From a virus (Duplodnaviria > Caudoviricetes), in IMG/VR virus record IMGVR_UViG_3300024264_000029, positions 664 to 64,663 of that record: DNA of 64,000 nt; one strand, 5' to 3'. The first letter of the stretch is position 1. Every line of letters starts with the position of its first letter. The position numbers and the translations under genes are program-made. Below, one piece after another: positions 9,698 through 19,800 of the stretch. The notes under the pieces were generated by a model. The model did not search any database. It worked only from the letters and a program-made list of their open reading frames with translations, and was not told where the DNA came from.

Positions 9698-11749
9698 TTA
9701 TGTTCCAGAACCAACTGGATCATTTGAATCTATATTCGTGTCTGAATTAAAAATGTACTGGCCATTTACTAAAACCATTATACGCATACCATTACCAAAC
9801 GCAGCAGTTGATCGCATTCCCTGATATCTTCTCTTATCGTTGTTTACGCCATCGTACAGATATGTTGTCATAGGAATGTTGCTGCTCTCTGCAACCACTT
9901 CGGCAGAAGAGAAGCAAATTAAATCTGTTTCTTCTTTTGGATACATAAATCTTTGCGTTGTCAATCCAGTTGGAAACGTAATTACAAATCTATTTTCATC
10001 TGTAATAGATAATTGTTCAAGTGGATTTATAATTGCATTGCTATCTATTTGATGTCTTGTTGCAAACTTATGAACATCAGAAGGTTTTAAAATATCAAAT
10101 TCTCTAACAACAAATCTCCAAATATTTTTGGCAGCTGCCTCATCTCCTAAATAATCTTCTCTATCATGAGGACTTAAAATATAAAATGTTCTTGCATTAT
10201 CTACTGAGTTTATGTGATACGAGTTTCCCTGATCGTCAAATATTGTATCTATTTGATCAGCAGCAGTCTGTAAATTTGCAGCCTGACTAGAAAAATAAAC
10301 TCCAGCATCACTAGAATATGAAGATTCTCTGGAACATGAATATAAACAATGGACAGGAAATTTTGAACCTTCATCGGTTCTAGGCAATCCAGTTTCATTA
10401 TTTACAGTTCTTTGTAGCGCAAACCATGCATAATCATCTGCCTGATCTCCAGCGGCATCGTCATAAATGTAAAGAATTAATCCTCTTTCTGTCATCGTAA
10501 GTCTATATGAAAACGGATATGTTCCTTCTAGTGTCGGATCAGTTTTTGGATATCTCTTAAACCACCCACCACCTTTTCTCTTATTTCTGAATCTTATAGA
10601 ACGATTATTAATATATTTGGTATAATTAGAAACATCTGCTGGAGCAGTAGCTTGTGCAGTACTTCGTCCTGTTGTCGGCATATAAAATGTTGCTAGTGGA
10701 TATTCGACAAACGTAAATGATGTAGATGTACCCGAGCCGCCATTTGCAGTATCTCTTGTATTTGCAGCCGTTTGGTCGAGATAAAGAGGATAGTAAAACG
10801 CTGGCACAGTTCCGTAGGTGTTTGTATCTGTTTCGGTTCCATATACATAATATGGCCCACTATTTGCAGGGTCTGCAGAAATTACAATATCTTCAAAAGT
10901 CAAATCTACCATTTCGCCAGGATTTCTCACGACTGAAGTATCAACTGAAGCTCCATTTTCTAATGTTATAATTCCATCAGAAGAAAGTTGTGGAGATGTA
11001 ATACTACCATCATTTAAAATTTGAGATGATGTTCCAGCATTTACCTTTAACCATCCATACATTGGATTGGGGATTCCTGAACTATTTTCCCAGCCCGAAG
11101 ACAATATTCCATTAAAAGTATAGCCAGGATGATATTGATCAGGCACAAATGTAGTTTCATCAATTGTATTTCCTGCCGAATACTGCGTTCCGCCCCGAGC
11201 AGACATTCTTAAATTTAATTGATATAACTCTTGAGAAAATTCTTTATCTCCAGTATTACCGGCAACATCATAATACAATCTAGGACGCAAATCAAGTTCA
11301 AACCTAATTCTATAATTCTGATCAATACCTCTTGCTACTGCCCCACTTTTCGGAAGAATGTCATCAGAAGATTCAAACACCATAACGTGCTGTTCTGGAT
11401 CGATTCCTGCATTTTTTTGACTAAAATTAGCAACTCCAGAATATGGCCCAGAACCTGCTCCATTAGATGTAGATGGACGATTTAAAGAAACTTGTGTAAA
11501 AAATTGTTTATTAATATATGTAATAGGATTTGCAATTGTACTATCAACCAGTTCATTTCCAGCTATAGGATTTCCATTATACATTGTCCAACTTGAAGTT
11601 AAATCTTGGGCCAATGCCATCATCGCACCACCAGACACCACTTCACCACTGGATATCTCGCCAGCACCTTGCAGTGTGGTGAAAGAACTTCTTTGCCTCG
11701 ACATACCATAACTAGTAAGTGTCGATGGATCTACAAATCTTTGCGCCAT
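9698..11749 (-). CDS. Virion structural protein, paralog 3 of 3 (shortest)
   Basis: 683 aa with the same conserved blocks. Confidence 0.75.
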   Translation of the reverse strand: MAQRFVDPSTLTSYGMSRQRSSFTTLQGAGEISSGEVVSGGAMMALAQDLTSSWTMYNGNPIAGNELVDSTIANPITYINKQFFTQVSLNRPSTSNGAGSGPYSGVANFSQKNAGIDPEQHVMVFESSDDILPKSGAVARGIDQNYRIRFELDLRPRLYYDVAGNTGDKEFSQELYQLNLRMSARGGTQYSAGNTIDETTFVPDQYHPGYTFNGILSSGWENSSGIPNPMYGWLKVNAGTSSQILNDGSITSPQLSSDGIITLENGASVDTSVVRNPGEMVDLTFEDIVISADPANSGPYYVYGTETDTNTYGTVPAFYYPLYLDQTAANTRDTANGGSGTSTSFTFVEYPLATFYMPTTGRSTAQATAPADVSNYTKYINNRSIRFRNKRKGGGWFKRYPKTDPTLEGTYPFSYRLTMTERGLILYIYDDAAGDQADDYAWFALQRTVNNETGLPRTDEGSKFPVHCLYSCSRESSYSSDAGVYFSSQAANLQTAADQIDTIFDDQGNSYHINSVDNARTFYILSPHDREDYLGDEAAAKNIWRFVVREFDILKPSDVHKFATRHQIDSNAIINPLEQLSITDENRFVITFPTGLTTQRFMYPKEETDLICFSSAEVVAESSNIPMTTYLYDGVNNDKRRYQGMRSTAAFGNGMRIMVLVNGQYIFNSDTNIDSNDPVGSGT

Positions 11750-11752
11750 TAC

Positions 11753-14700
11753 CTATTCCTTTTCCAAATCTTTTAGCCAATCATTTTCCAAAACTCTAAC
11801 CATATTCTTATATGTTAGATATGCTTTTTCATCTTCTTGTCTATTTATATGAGAAATAGATAGGTCAATTTGTTCACCAATCCAATTCCACACGGCATGT
11901 GTCTTTGGAATTGCCGTAACGATTTTAGGAGCTATGTTGTAGTATTCTTCAATTTCATTAGGATAATTTTTCAACAAGAAATTATCTCTGTATATACGCA
12001 ATGTATTGAGAGTAGTTCCATCATCTGCCTCACCTCGCATTTCTACTACAGCAGTAGTCAAGAAACAACCGCCACCTTGAGATTGGCCGGACACTGATCC
12101 GCCAGTGCTTGCGTTTCCTTGATCGCTTATACTGTCACCGCTATGATGAGTGTTTGTAGAAAAAACACCGCCGGGCTGTTGTTTCCTAAGATCTTGTATC
12201 TGGTCATGAGTCATTCCTGTTGAGAAATTAGTTGTTGTGCCAGTAGAAGGTTCGTAGTGAGAATAAAACGAACCCGAGCTTCCCCCACCATCATTATCAT
12301 TATTACTTGCCGGTGGAGTAGTTGGAGTGGGTACTGCAACTGCAAAAGATGCTGATGTTCCTTCGGTAGTTCCACTTGAAGTTTCTTTAGAACAACTCCA
12401 ATATGTAATTCCGTCTTGAACATAAAAGTTTCCATGTCTCTCTGAAGAATTACTGGAACTAAAAGTAGTTGCTGAAAGTTTTATAGAACTAAAATTGTCA
12501 TGTCCAACTTGAAGCTTTCCGTCTTTTGATCTAGTTTTGATAGTAACTGTTTTATTTGGACTAATTCCAATTCCAGAAGTTACTAGTTTGTATACCTCAT
12601 CATAACCAACCTCGGCCGTTACAGAACCATTGCTAATAGAAATCTGGGCGGGCCCAATCTCTGCATCAGAAGATGCAACTTTTTTGAAAATTAATTGATG
12701 TGCGGTGCTGCCTGTTGTTGTAATATCAAATTTAACATTACATTTTCTGATGAACCAATTAGGAACATCTTCTAAGTCTGGGCCATCCCGCACACCCTTA
12801 GTTCCAATTGCAATCTCATCTGCAGAATGCCAATCAGGTTCGCGGTATAATGATTGCACTGGCAATTCGTTTGCAGTATCTACATAATTTGGTGTGATAT
12901 TGATATTTGCACCTGTGGATTTAAATCCCATTTTTGTTTGGAATTTTCCATTCTTTTTAATCCTTGCAGTATATCCAATATAATATCTTCTAGGATTTTC
13001 TGGGTCATCTGAGCCAGGCAATAAAACATTTAATGTATTAGTTCTGTTAGGTAAGTCTGTATTAGTACCCTTATCCGAAACTCCATTGGTGACTAGAGAT
13101 TTTAATACTCTTCCCGTATCATCCATTAAAACTATACCAGCATGAGACATCATAGAGAATGATGGGCCGTGCTGTCCATATATCTGCACAATTCCATCAC
13201 CGCCCCTATCTGACTTAGATACAAATCTTTCACCTTCGTTATTATATACATCTGTATATTCATTCCTAGAAGCTTTGCCTCCTTGAGGAACTTTGATAGT
13301 AATAATTTCGCCAGGCGCAGTTTCAAAATCTCCAAGATATGCAGTTGCAGCAGCATACCCCCCATATGTATTCGTCCATCCAAGAGAATTGCTTCCTCTA
13401 CCACCATGTTGGCCGGGCCCGCCACCAGCACCAAATGCAGGGGTTCCTGAAGGCCCAGAAAGGTTTGGATATTCCGCTGCTGCTTCTGTTCCTGAGCCAT
13501 ATAGAGAATGTCCACCGCGGCCGTTGCTTCCATCGGCACTATGAACCCTACCCTGTGCAAGGCCCCATCTAAAGAACATATTAATCGGATGTTTTCCTAC
13601 TCCAAAATCTGAAAGTGCCTCTTCGCCTCTTACAGTGCCCGCTGCATTAACCACCAATTGAGCAGCATATACTGCCTCGTCTGGAAATTCTGCGAGTCGT
13701 TTTGCCGCACCCTTTTCTGTTTTTTCTCCGCCGATAACTTTCATTATATCACTACGGTTAATAGTCCAGTTTGGATCGTTTGATAGCGAAACATGCTGTG
13801 TATCAGAATCTGCAGAAATAGGAGTTCTCAATACACCATAATACCGTATCCCATTTGCAGTTGAAATTTGACTTTGCGTTTCATACTGCCAATTAGTAGT
13901 TTCCAGTTCATGTTTACTAGATCCAGCATGGCGATTTGAAAAGAAACTTCCCTTAAGCGCGTTGTTCCAATAAAACTGAACATTAAAGTTTTTATTAGAA
14001 GCCATTTGAGATTTTACTTTTACATATCCATTTCCACCATTACCACCAGCACCTGCCTGAGTCGAACCACCATCTTTTGGGCCTCCAACACCACCTTGGC
14101 CAATACTAGTTACGTTTAATGTAACATTAGATTTTCCTGTTAGATCTATCACAAATGTATTTGATGCGCCTGCTTTACCACCTTCAGCGCCGTAACCAGT
14201 GCGCCAATTTACGGCACCAGAACCACCACCGCCGCCGGCTGCTCTTCCACCATTTCCGCCAGGCTTTCCATGGATACTACTGGCCAGTTTTACCCCTCCA
14301 GCTCCACCTGTTCCAACTGAACTATTTTCACCCTTTTGTCCATTTGGTCTATAACTTGCATTTTCGAACAATGTCGTAGAACCCCCATCGGACTTTCCTC
14401 TCTTACCCCCGCGGCCTCCAGCGCCGCCGGTTGCAGTTTTAGTATTACTGTTCCATTGTACTATAGTTCCAGTTCCTGCCGTGCCCGCTGTACCCTGACC
14501 TTTCCAGTCATCGCCGCCGGAGCCACCGCCGCCGCCGCCACCTATAATGGTGATGGTATGTTTCATATTACCTTGTAATGTAAAAGCAGTTTCGGATGTG
14601 ATTGCTGGATGGTCGACTTCAGTTGGAGTTATTTTTACGAAATCTCCTGTCACCGTTCCATTATTTCCAACAGTATGTTGACCCTGTTCTGGAACTATTT

Positions 14701-15433
14701 GTGCATCTGGAACCCCATCTGGATCTTGGCCGCCCGGCGCTCCATATAATTCGACAGTTCCGTTTTCTGAAATAATTCTTGCATCCCCACCCTTATATCC
14801 AGATTCTTCTGTAGCAGGCAATGTCTTATCCAATAAAAAGTCACCACTCAATTCAGTTTTCTGAACACTTCCAGAACCACCACCAGCTGTCGCAACAATT
14901 CTAAATCTTGTAAACTTAGCAGGAATTGTCAAAGACCATTCACCGAATTCAAAGTAATCTTTATTTTCTTGAGTATTTCTAAGAAGTTTTTCAAAATTAC
15001 TACTAGCACCAACTTCTGTTTCTAAATCAACTTCAACACCTTTTGTTGCGTTTCCGCTCCAAACTTCAACCAATGCAGCAGGAGAACGAATGTCAACTGC
15101 AACAGCATGTCTATCATTAATGCGTGTTACGTGTTGTCTCCAATTATCTTGAATATCTGTCCAATTATTTACTTCAGCAGTTTCTTGCCAAAAATCGTCA
15201 ACATCAATTGGAGGTAATGTAATACTAGTAGGACGAACTTGATCACTAGAACCATAGAAGTCGCTAAAGCAAATAGTTCCTCTTGTCGGAATTCCATCGT
15301 TTTCAACTATGTCGGGAACATTTACACCATCTCTATAATATTCACTAATACAGTGTGGTGCTGAATTGCTTCCTGGCCTGAATTCGCCTTGGATTTGTGC
15401 TAATGTTACTCTGCCCGTCTTAGGTATCGTCAT
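11753..15433 (-). CDS. Glycine-rich tail fibre/adhesin with C-terminal CFI-box-CTERM-like domain
   Basis: N-terminal 'ISEYY...IPT.G.I.FSDFYG' fibre-tip attachment-type motif; GGGG-rich repeats; C-terminal GGGCFLTTAV...LR.YRD..L...YY..AP. Confidence 0.65.
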   Translation of the reverse strand: MTIPKTGRVTLAQIQGEFRPGSNSAPHCISEYYRDGVNVPDIVENDGIPTRGTICFSDFYGSSDQVRPTSITLPPIDVDDFWQETAEVNNWTDIQDNWRQHVTRINDRHAVAVDIRSPAALVEVWSGNATKGVEVDLETEVGASSNFEKLLRNTQENKDYFEFGEWSLTIPAKFTRFRIVATAGGGSGSVQKTELSGDFLLDKTLPATEESGYKGGDARIISENGTVELYGAPGGQDPDGVPDAQIVPEQGQHTVGNNGTVTGDFVKITPTEVDHPAITSETAFTLQGNMKHTITIIGGGGGGGSGGDDWKGQGTAGTAGTGTIVQWNSNTKTATGGAGGRGGKRGKSDGGSTTLFENASYRPNGQKGENSSVGTGGAGGVKLASSIHGKPGGNGGRAAGGGGGSGAVNWRTGYGAEGGKAGASNTFVIDLTGKSNVTLNVTSIGQGGVGGPKDGGSTQAGAGGNGGNGYVKVKSQMASNKNFNVQFYWNNALKGSFFSNRHAGSSKHELETTNWQYETQSQISTANGIRYYGVLRTPISADSDTQHVSLSNDPNWTINRSDIMKVIGGEKTEKGAAKRLAEFPDEAVYAAQLVVNAAGTVRGEEALSDFGVGKHPINMFFRWGLAQGRVHSADGSNGRGGHSLYGSGTEAAAEYPNLSGPSGTPAFGAGGGPGQHGGRGSNSLGWTNTYGGYAAATAYLGDFETAPGEIITIKVPQGGKASRNEYTDVYNNEGERFVSKSDRGGDGIVQIYGQHGPSFSMMSHAGIVLMDDTGRVLKSLVTNGVSDKGTNTDLPNRTNTLNVLLPGSDDPENPRRYYIGYTARIKKNGKFQTKMGFKSTGANINITPNYVDTANELPVQSLYREPDWHSADEIAIGTKGVRDGPDLEDVPNWFIRKCNVKFDITTTGSTAHQLIFKKVASSDAEIGPAQISISNGSVTAEVGYDEVYKLVTSGIGISPNKTVTIKTRSKDGKLQVGHDNFSSIKLSATTFSSSNSSERHGNFYVQDGITYWSCSKETSSGTTEGTSASFAVAVPTPTTPPASNNDNDGGGSSGSFYSHYEPSTGTTTNFSTGMTHDQIQDLRKQQPGGVFSTNTHHSGDSISDQGNASTGGSVSGQSQGGGCFLTTAVVEMRGEADDGTTLNTLRIYRDNFLLKNYPNEIEEYYNIAPKIVTAIPKTHAVWNWIGEQIDLSISHINRQEDEKAYLTYKNMVRVLENDWLKDLEKE

Positions 15434-15455
15434 CGAAATACTCTTTTATTAAATG

Positions 15456-16619
15456 TTAAAATTGTACATATGCACAAACATCACCAGAACTTCTAATTGC
15501 ATTATTCTGAGAACCATTGACTTCCAAATCTCCACCATTGATAGATAGTGTTCCTGTCATTGTATCTCCATTTCTTCTAACAAATGGAGTCGAATCTGCG
15601 CCGGCAAGCAATGGAGCTAGTAATGAATATAAAGAATTTATCGCTGCAACAATATTAGAAATATCTCCAATATTACCGTCTAATGCTGATAAATTACCAA
15701 TGGTTACTTTATCTTCTTTAGTTGCAATGTCTGTCACTAGTGTTGCAATTTGTGTATCGATATCAGTTTCTAATTTAGAATCCAAAGATTTTATTTTATC
15801 ATCCAACAATTTAATATTGTATCTAACTTCAGTACCAACGGCATAATCATTTGCCAAGTCTGCGGCAAGAATACCCTGAGAATTTAATCCCACTGAATCT
15901 AAAATATTTCCAACTTTTATATTGATAGCATCAATAGAATTTACATTTACAACAATATTATCGCTGTTTACTTTTACTTGGCTATCTAATTCAATAAGAT
16001 TTGTTTTTACGGCAGCATTCCCATTGGTTGCTGACATATAATTTACATTATCTCCATTATAATTAAATGTACCATTTGCATTAGTTCCGATAGTAGCTCT
16101 AAGAGTATCTACCATGTCGGATTCATCTTTTAAGCCAGTGTCTAAAGCGTTTAATGCTTGCATCACTGTACTTGATGTATTGATATAAGTTGCTCCAGTT
16201 GGAAAAGATACCGTTCCGTTTGCTGCAAATCCTAATGTTGTTTGTGTTAAATCTAATTCTGATTGTAATGCATTGTCTTTAGTCAATCTAATTAATGCTT
16301 CAGCAGCTACTGCATCTGTAGTATATTTTTCGTGATATGCTACCGCAGCGTTCAAAGTATCCACGATGGTAGATCTTATAATCTTACCATCAATTTCTGT
16401 CATTGACCCAATATTTGCGGTATTGGTATCTGCATGAGTATCTACTTCATTGATTGCATCTACTATTGTTGATTGTCCGTCAGTGTTAAGAAAATTCAAA
16501 TTTCCTACATTCTGGGCAGCTGCCTCAGTATGTGCAATCATAGAGTTGGTTTTAACTCTCCACTCTTCGAATGTATCTGTTTGTATTACACTGACAAGTG
16601 TTGGATATTCTACTGCCAT
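15456..16619 (-). CDS. Coiled-coil fibre (fibritin/whisker-like) protein
   Basis: N-terminal 'TDTFEEWRVKTN' motif typical of T4-like fibres; heptad-rich middle; C-terminal GDTMTG.L...GDV.AY fibre motif. Confidence 0.6.
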   Translation of the reverse strand: MAVEYPTLVSVIQTDTFEEWRVKTNSMIAHTEAAAQNVGNLNFLNTDGQSTIVDAINEVDTHADTNTANIGSMTEIDGKIIRSTIVDTLNAAVAYHEKYTTDAVAAEALIRLTKDNALQSELDLTQTTLGFAANGTVSFPTGATYINTSSTVMQALNALDTGLKDESDMVDTLRATIGTNANGTFNYNGDNVNYMSATNGNAAVKTNLIELDSQVKVNSDNIVVNVNSIDAINIKVGNILDSVGLNSQGILAADLANDYAVGTEVRYNIKLLDDKIKSLDSKLETDIDTQIATLVTDIATKEDKVTIGNLSALDGNIGDISNIVAAINSLYSLLAPLLAGADSTPFVRRNGDTMTGTLSINGGDLEVNGSQNNAIRSSGDVCAYVQF

Positions 16620-16826
16620 TTAAATTCTCTCCAATATTACGTTTAATATTTTTTTAATTTCGTCCATTTCAGATTTAAGGTCTTTTATTTCTTCATCTCT
16701 TCTTTTGATAGAGTGCATTTTATTCATATAATCTCTGTATGCATTATTATCAGTATTTATTATAGCCTTAGAATGCATATCTCTCTGCAATGTTTTATTT
16801 TCTTTTACAATATGTCTGTTTGTCAT
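16620..16826 (-). CDS. Small conserved T4-like hypothetical protein (coiled-coil C-terminus)
   Basis: 68 aa, LQRD..SKAIINTD motif, abuts both neighbours. Confidence 0.7.
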   Translation of the reverse strand: MTNRHIVKENKTLQRDMHSKAIINTDNNAYRDYMNKMHSIKRRDEEIKDLKSEMDEIKKILNVILERI

Positions 16827-19800
16827 CTAACTCGCCAATGCAATCACTCTAAAATCTTTTACTTTTGGTACAATAGAAGAATTATTTGTTTTCAAAACAA
16901 TTTTGATAGAAACGGATGTAAATTCTGACAATCCTCTCAAATCAAAATCAAACTCTTTATAATCTTCTGGGCCGGTTGAAGCAATGTTATATGCAGCAGG
17001 ACGACTCATTAATGTATATGAAAGTTTAGAAAATAATTGATCTTCTGATGTTTTCACTCTATAATAAAAGTCAACATCGCATCCATCCTGTCTATTCACT
17101 GATGCTAATACTCTCAGAGATGTTGCTGGTTGGTCTAAAGTGACTTCTCTTGTCATATATTTAGTCGCAACAGAACCACCAGCTGCAGAAGTTTCATCAA
17201 CAAATCCAGTATTAACATGTCCAATAACTCCATCTGCTACATTAGCAGGACTGTTAGTTTGATTTGATATCAGGATTGCACTCATACGCTGTGTGTCGAT
17301 GATGGGAGATAAATTGTCAACCTCTGTTCTCATTCCTACTCTAAATACCAAAGATTTCTTATCTATAGGCGAAGACTCTGTATTGAATTCGTTTTCATTA
17401 AAGTATGTTGCAACCATCTTTGGAGATGTCAATTCATAATTTGTATTTGGAATAAATCCAGAATAAATTGGATCTTTTATGCCAGGAACCTGAGTAGAAT
17501 CTTGTGATGTTCCGCTCAATCCTCTCATACTGAATGTCATCGAAGTTTTTGGCAATTCAATATTTTGTATAATCGGTTTGATTAGATCATACTTAAAGTT
17601 TGAAGAGACAGTTGGACTCGATGCAGTGTTAGACTTCGGAGTAAATAAGTCATCCGTAGTTGGCAAGACACTGCCATTATATGCAACTTGAGATGTAGAA
17701 CTGCCAATTGGATAAAAAGGATTTCTCAAATCAATTGTAAAACTGTTATATGTCGTGTCTGTGACCAAATGCGTTCCGTTGAATGATTCTGATGGAAATA
17801 CTCCATAGGTTCCAAAGAAATTTTTCAAAGTAACATAATTATAGCCATTGGATTGCCAAAATTTAGTTGCAACCATCCCGCCGCTATCTGATATAGAAAA
17901 TGTTACTTTTGTGTCTCCATTGAAAACTTTTAAAGAGTTTCTATTGAGCTTTTCTGCCCATAGATCATTTCCATTATCATCTCTTTCATTATTTTGTAGA
18001 TAGATTTCTGCTTGAGTATTCGTATCAAACTTTGCTCGCGAAACTCTAAACTTCAAATCTTCCATTTGATCGGCAGTCCATGTAGATGCGTTCTGAGACT
18101 TAAAGAAGACGCCCGCATATGGCTGTTGTGATATCTTACCACTACCATCTAGAGAATCCTCTCCCATTCTTGCTACATGACATCTATATCCCTGTGTATC
18201 TGCCATAATTACGATACAATATTCTGTCTCATCTTGTACATATATCGGCGATGGGAAAACAAAAGATGTTGGAAGAGTACCATCATCAGAAACCGCAGCG
18301 TTTTCTGGATATACAATAGATTGTCCTAGTATTTTAGGGCCAGGATAACCATTAACAGTCTGTCTCAATTGAACTGTTACTGGTTTTGTGGCATCTTTAG
18401 TTGAGAAAAATAATTCAACTGCAGTGATAAAACATCCACCATCCTGATTAATCATGATAGTTTGTGCAAGAGGATCATACCATCCGCCGGCCGTAACTGT
18501 CGTGTTTATACTAGTATCTGTAATGGCTTCAGAATCACTAACCTCTCTGGTAGAGAAGTCTGGAAGTCTAGTGAGAATAATTTGATCTGCAACTGTTTCG
18601 ATTGTACCCGATGCAACATAAGTTGTCTGTGCTTCAGTATCAGTGTCCTGTGAATTATTAGGCTGGTCAGACATCTTAAAGATTCTTTCACCAGTTTTGA
18701 ATTTCATGTTGTCTGAATTTGGAATAGAGAAAATACCAGAAACAAATCCAGAGGAGTCTGAAATTATAGAATTGCTTCCAGACACAATTCCTGAAGCTTT
18801 CCACGTTCCAATATTTCTACTTTTTTCACCAGTTCCCTGATCTGGATCTGGATACACAATAAATATAGTTTCTCCTTCAGAAAAACCAAGAGAATCTGCG
18901 TTTGATTGTAAATGTAAGCGCAAACTTGTAGCAGCAAGATAATTTATATCATAAATTCTTGCCTCAGTATTAGTTGTTCCGCCACGTATAATTACCTGCC
19001 CTAGATTATCTCTAACCAGACTTGGATTTTCTCTTCTCCAAGTCGCAGTAACAGCTGGAGTGTCGGTAGTAGTAAGTTTTACAGTCGTTTTACAAAAATC
19101 AGAAACATTTACTCCATCAAAATATTGATATAGTTTTGTATTTGGTTTTAATTTTTCTCCGCTGAAATATACATCTCTGGCTCTAATAAATGGTATAATT
19201 TCTGTGCTTACAGTCCTAGTTCCAACACTCTCTCGATCATCTCGCATAGAAACTAGTTGCTCTGTACCAGTTCTAGTTTTTTGTCCTGTCAAAGTAGTTG
19301 TAGTGATTGTTGTAGTTTCTTGTCTTACCAAACCAGCAGAGGCAACAATTGGAGTAAAAATACTTGCAGTGGCATTGCTTCTATTTGCTCTTCTAGTAGA
19401 AGCTGTAGAAGAATCGTCGCGGCCTGTCCAATTTTCTTCCCAACCATTCCACATGGTTCCCATCACACCATCTTGTGGCAAAAGAGCTCCAAATATATTA
19501 TCATATTGTTCTCTTCTATCTGTAACAATATCTGGTGCCTGTTTTGTTTCTTTCCATTCGTCGGTTGAAGGGAACATAGAAATGCTTCCTCTAAATGTGA
19601 AGATTGCAAATGGGTTAACATTTACTGTTTTAGAAGATTTTTCTTGAGTAATCAAATATTCGCTAGTATATGGCAAATGGATTTTTTGTTCTTTGATGGC
19701 ATAACCACTAGAGCTTCTTGCATCTAATGTCATATTTACTAATTTTTCTGAGAAAAATGGACGCAGAACACCTTCAGTTTTACTGATTGAAACTTTGTAA

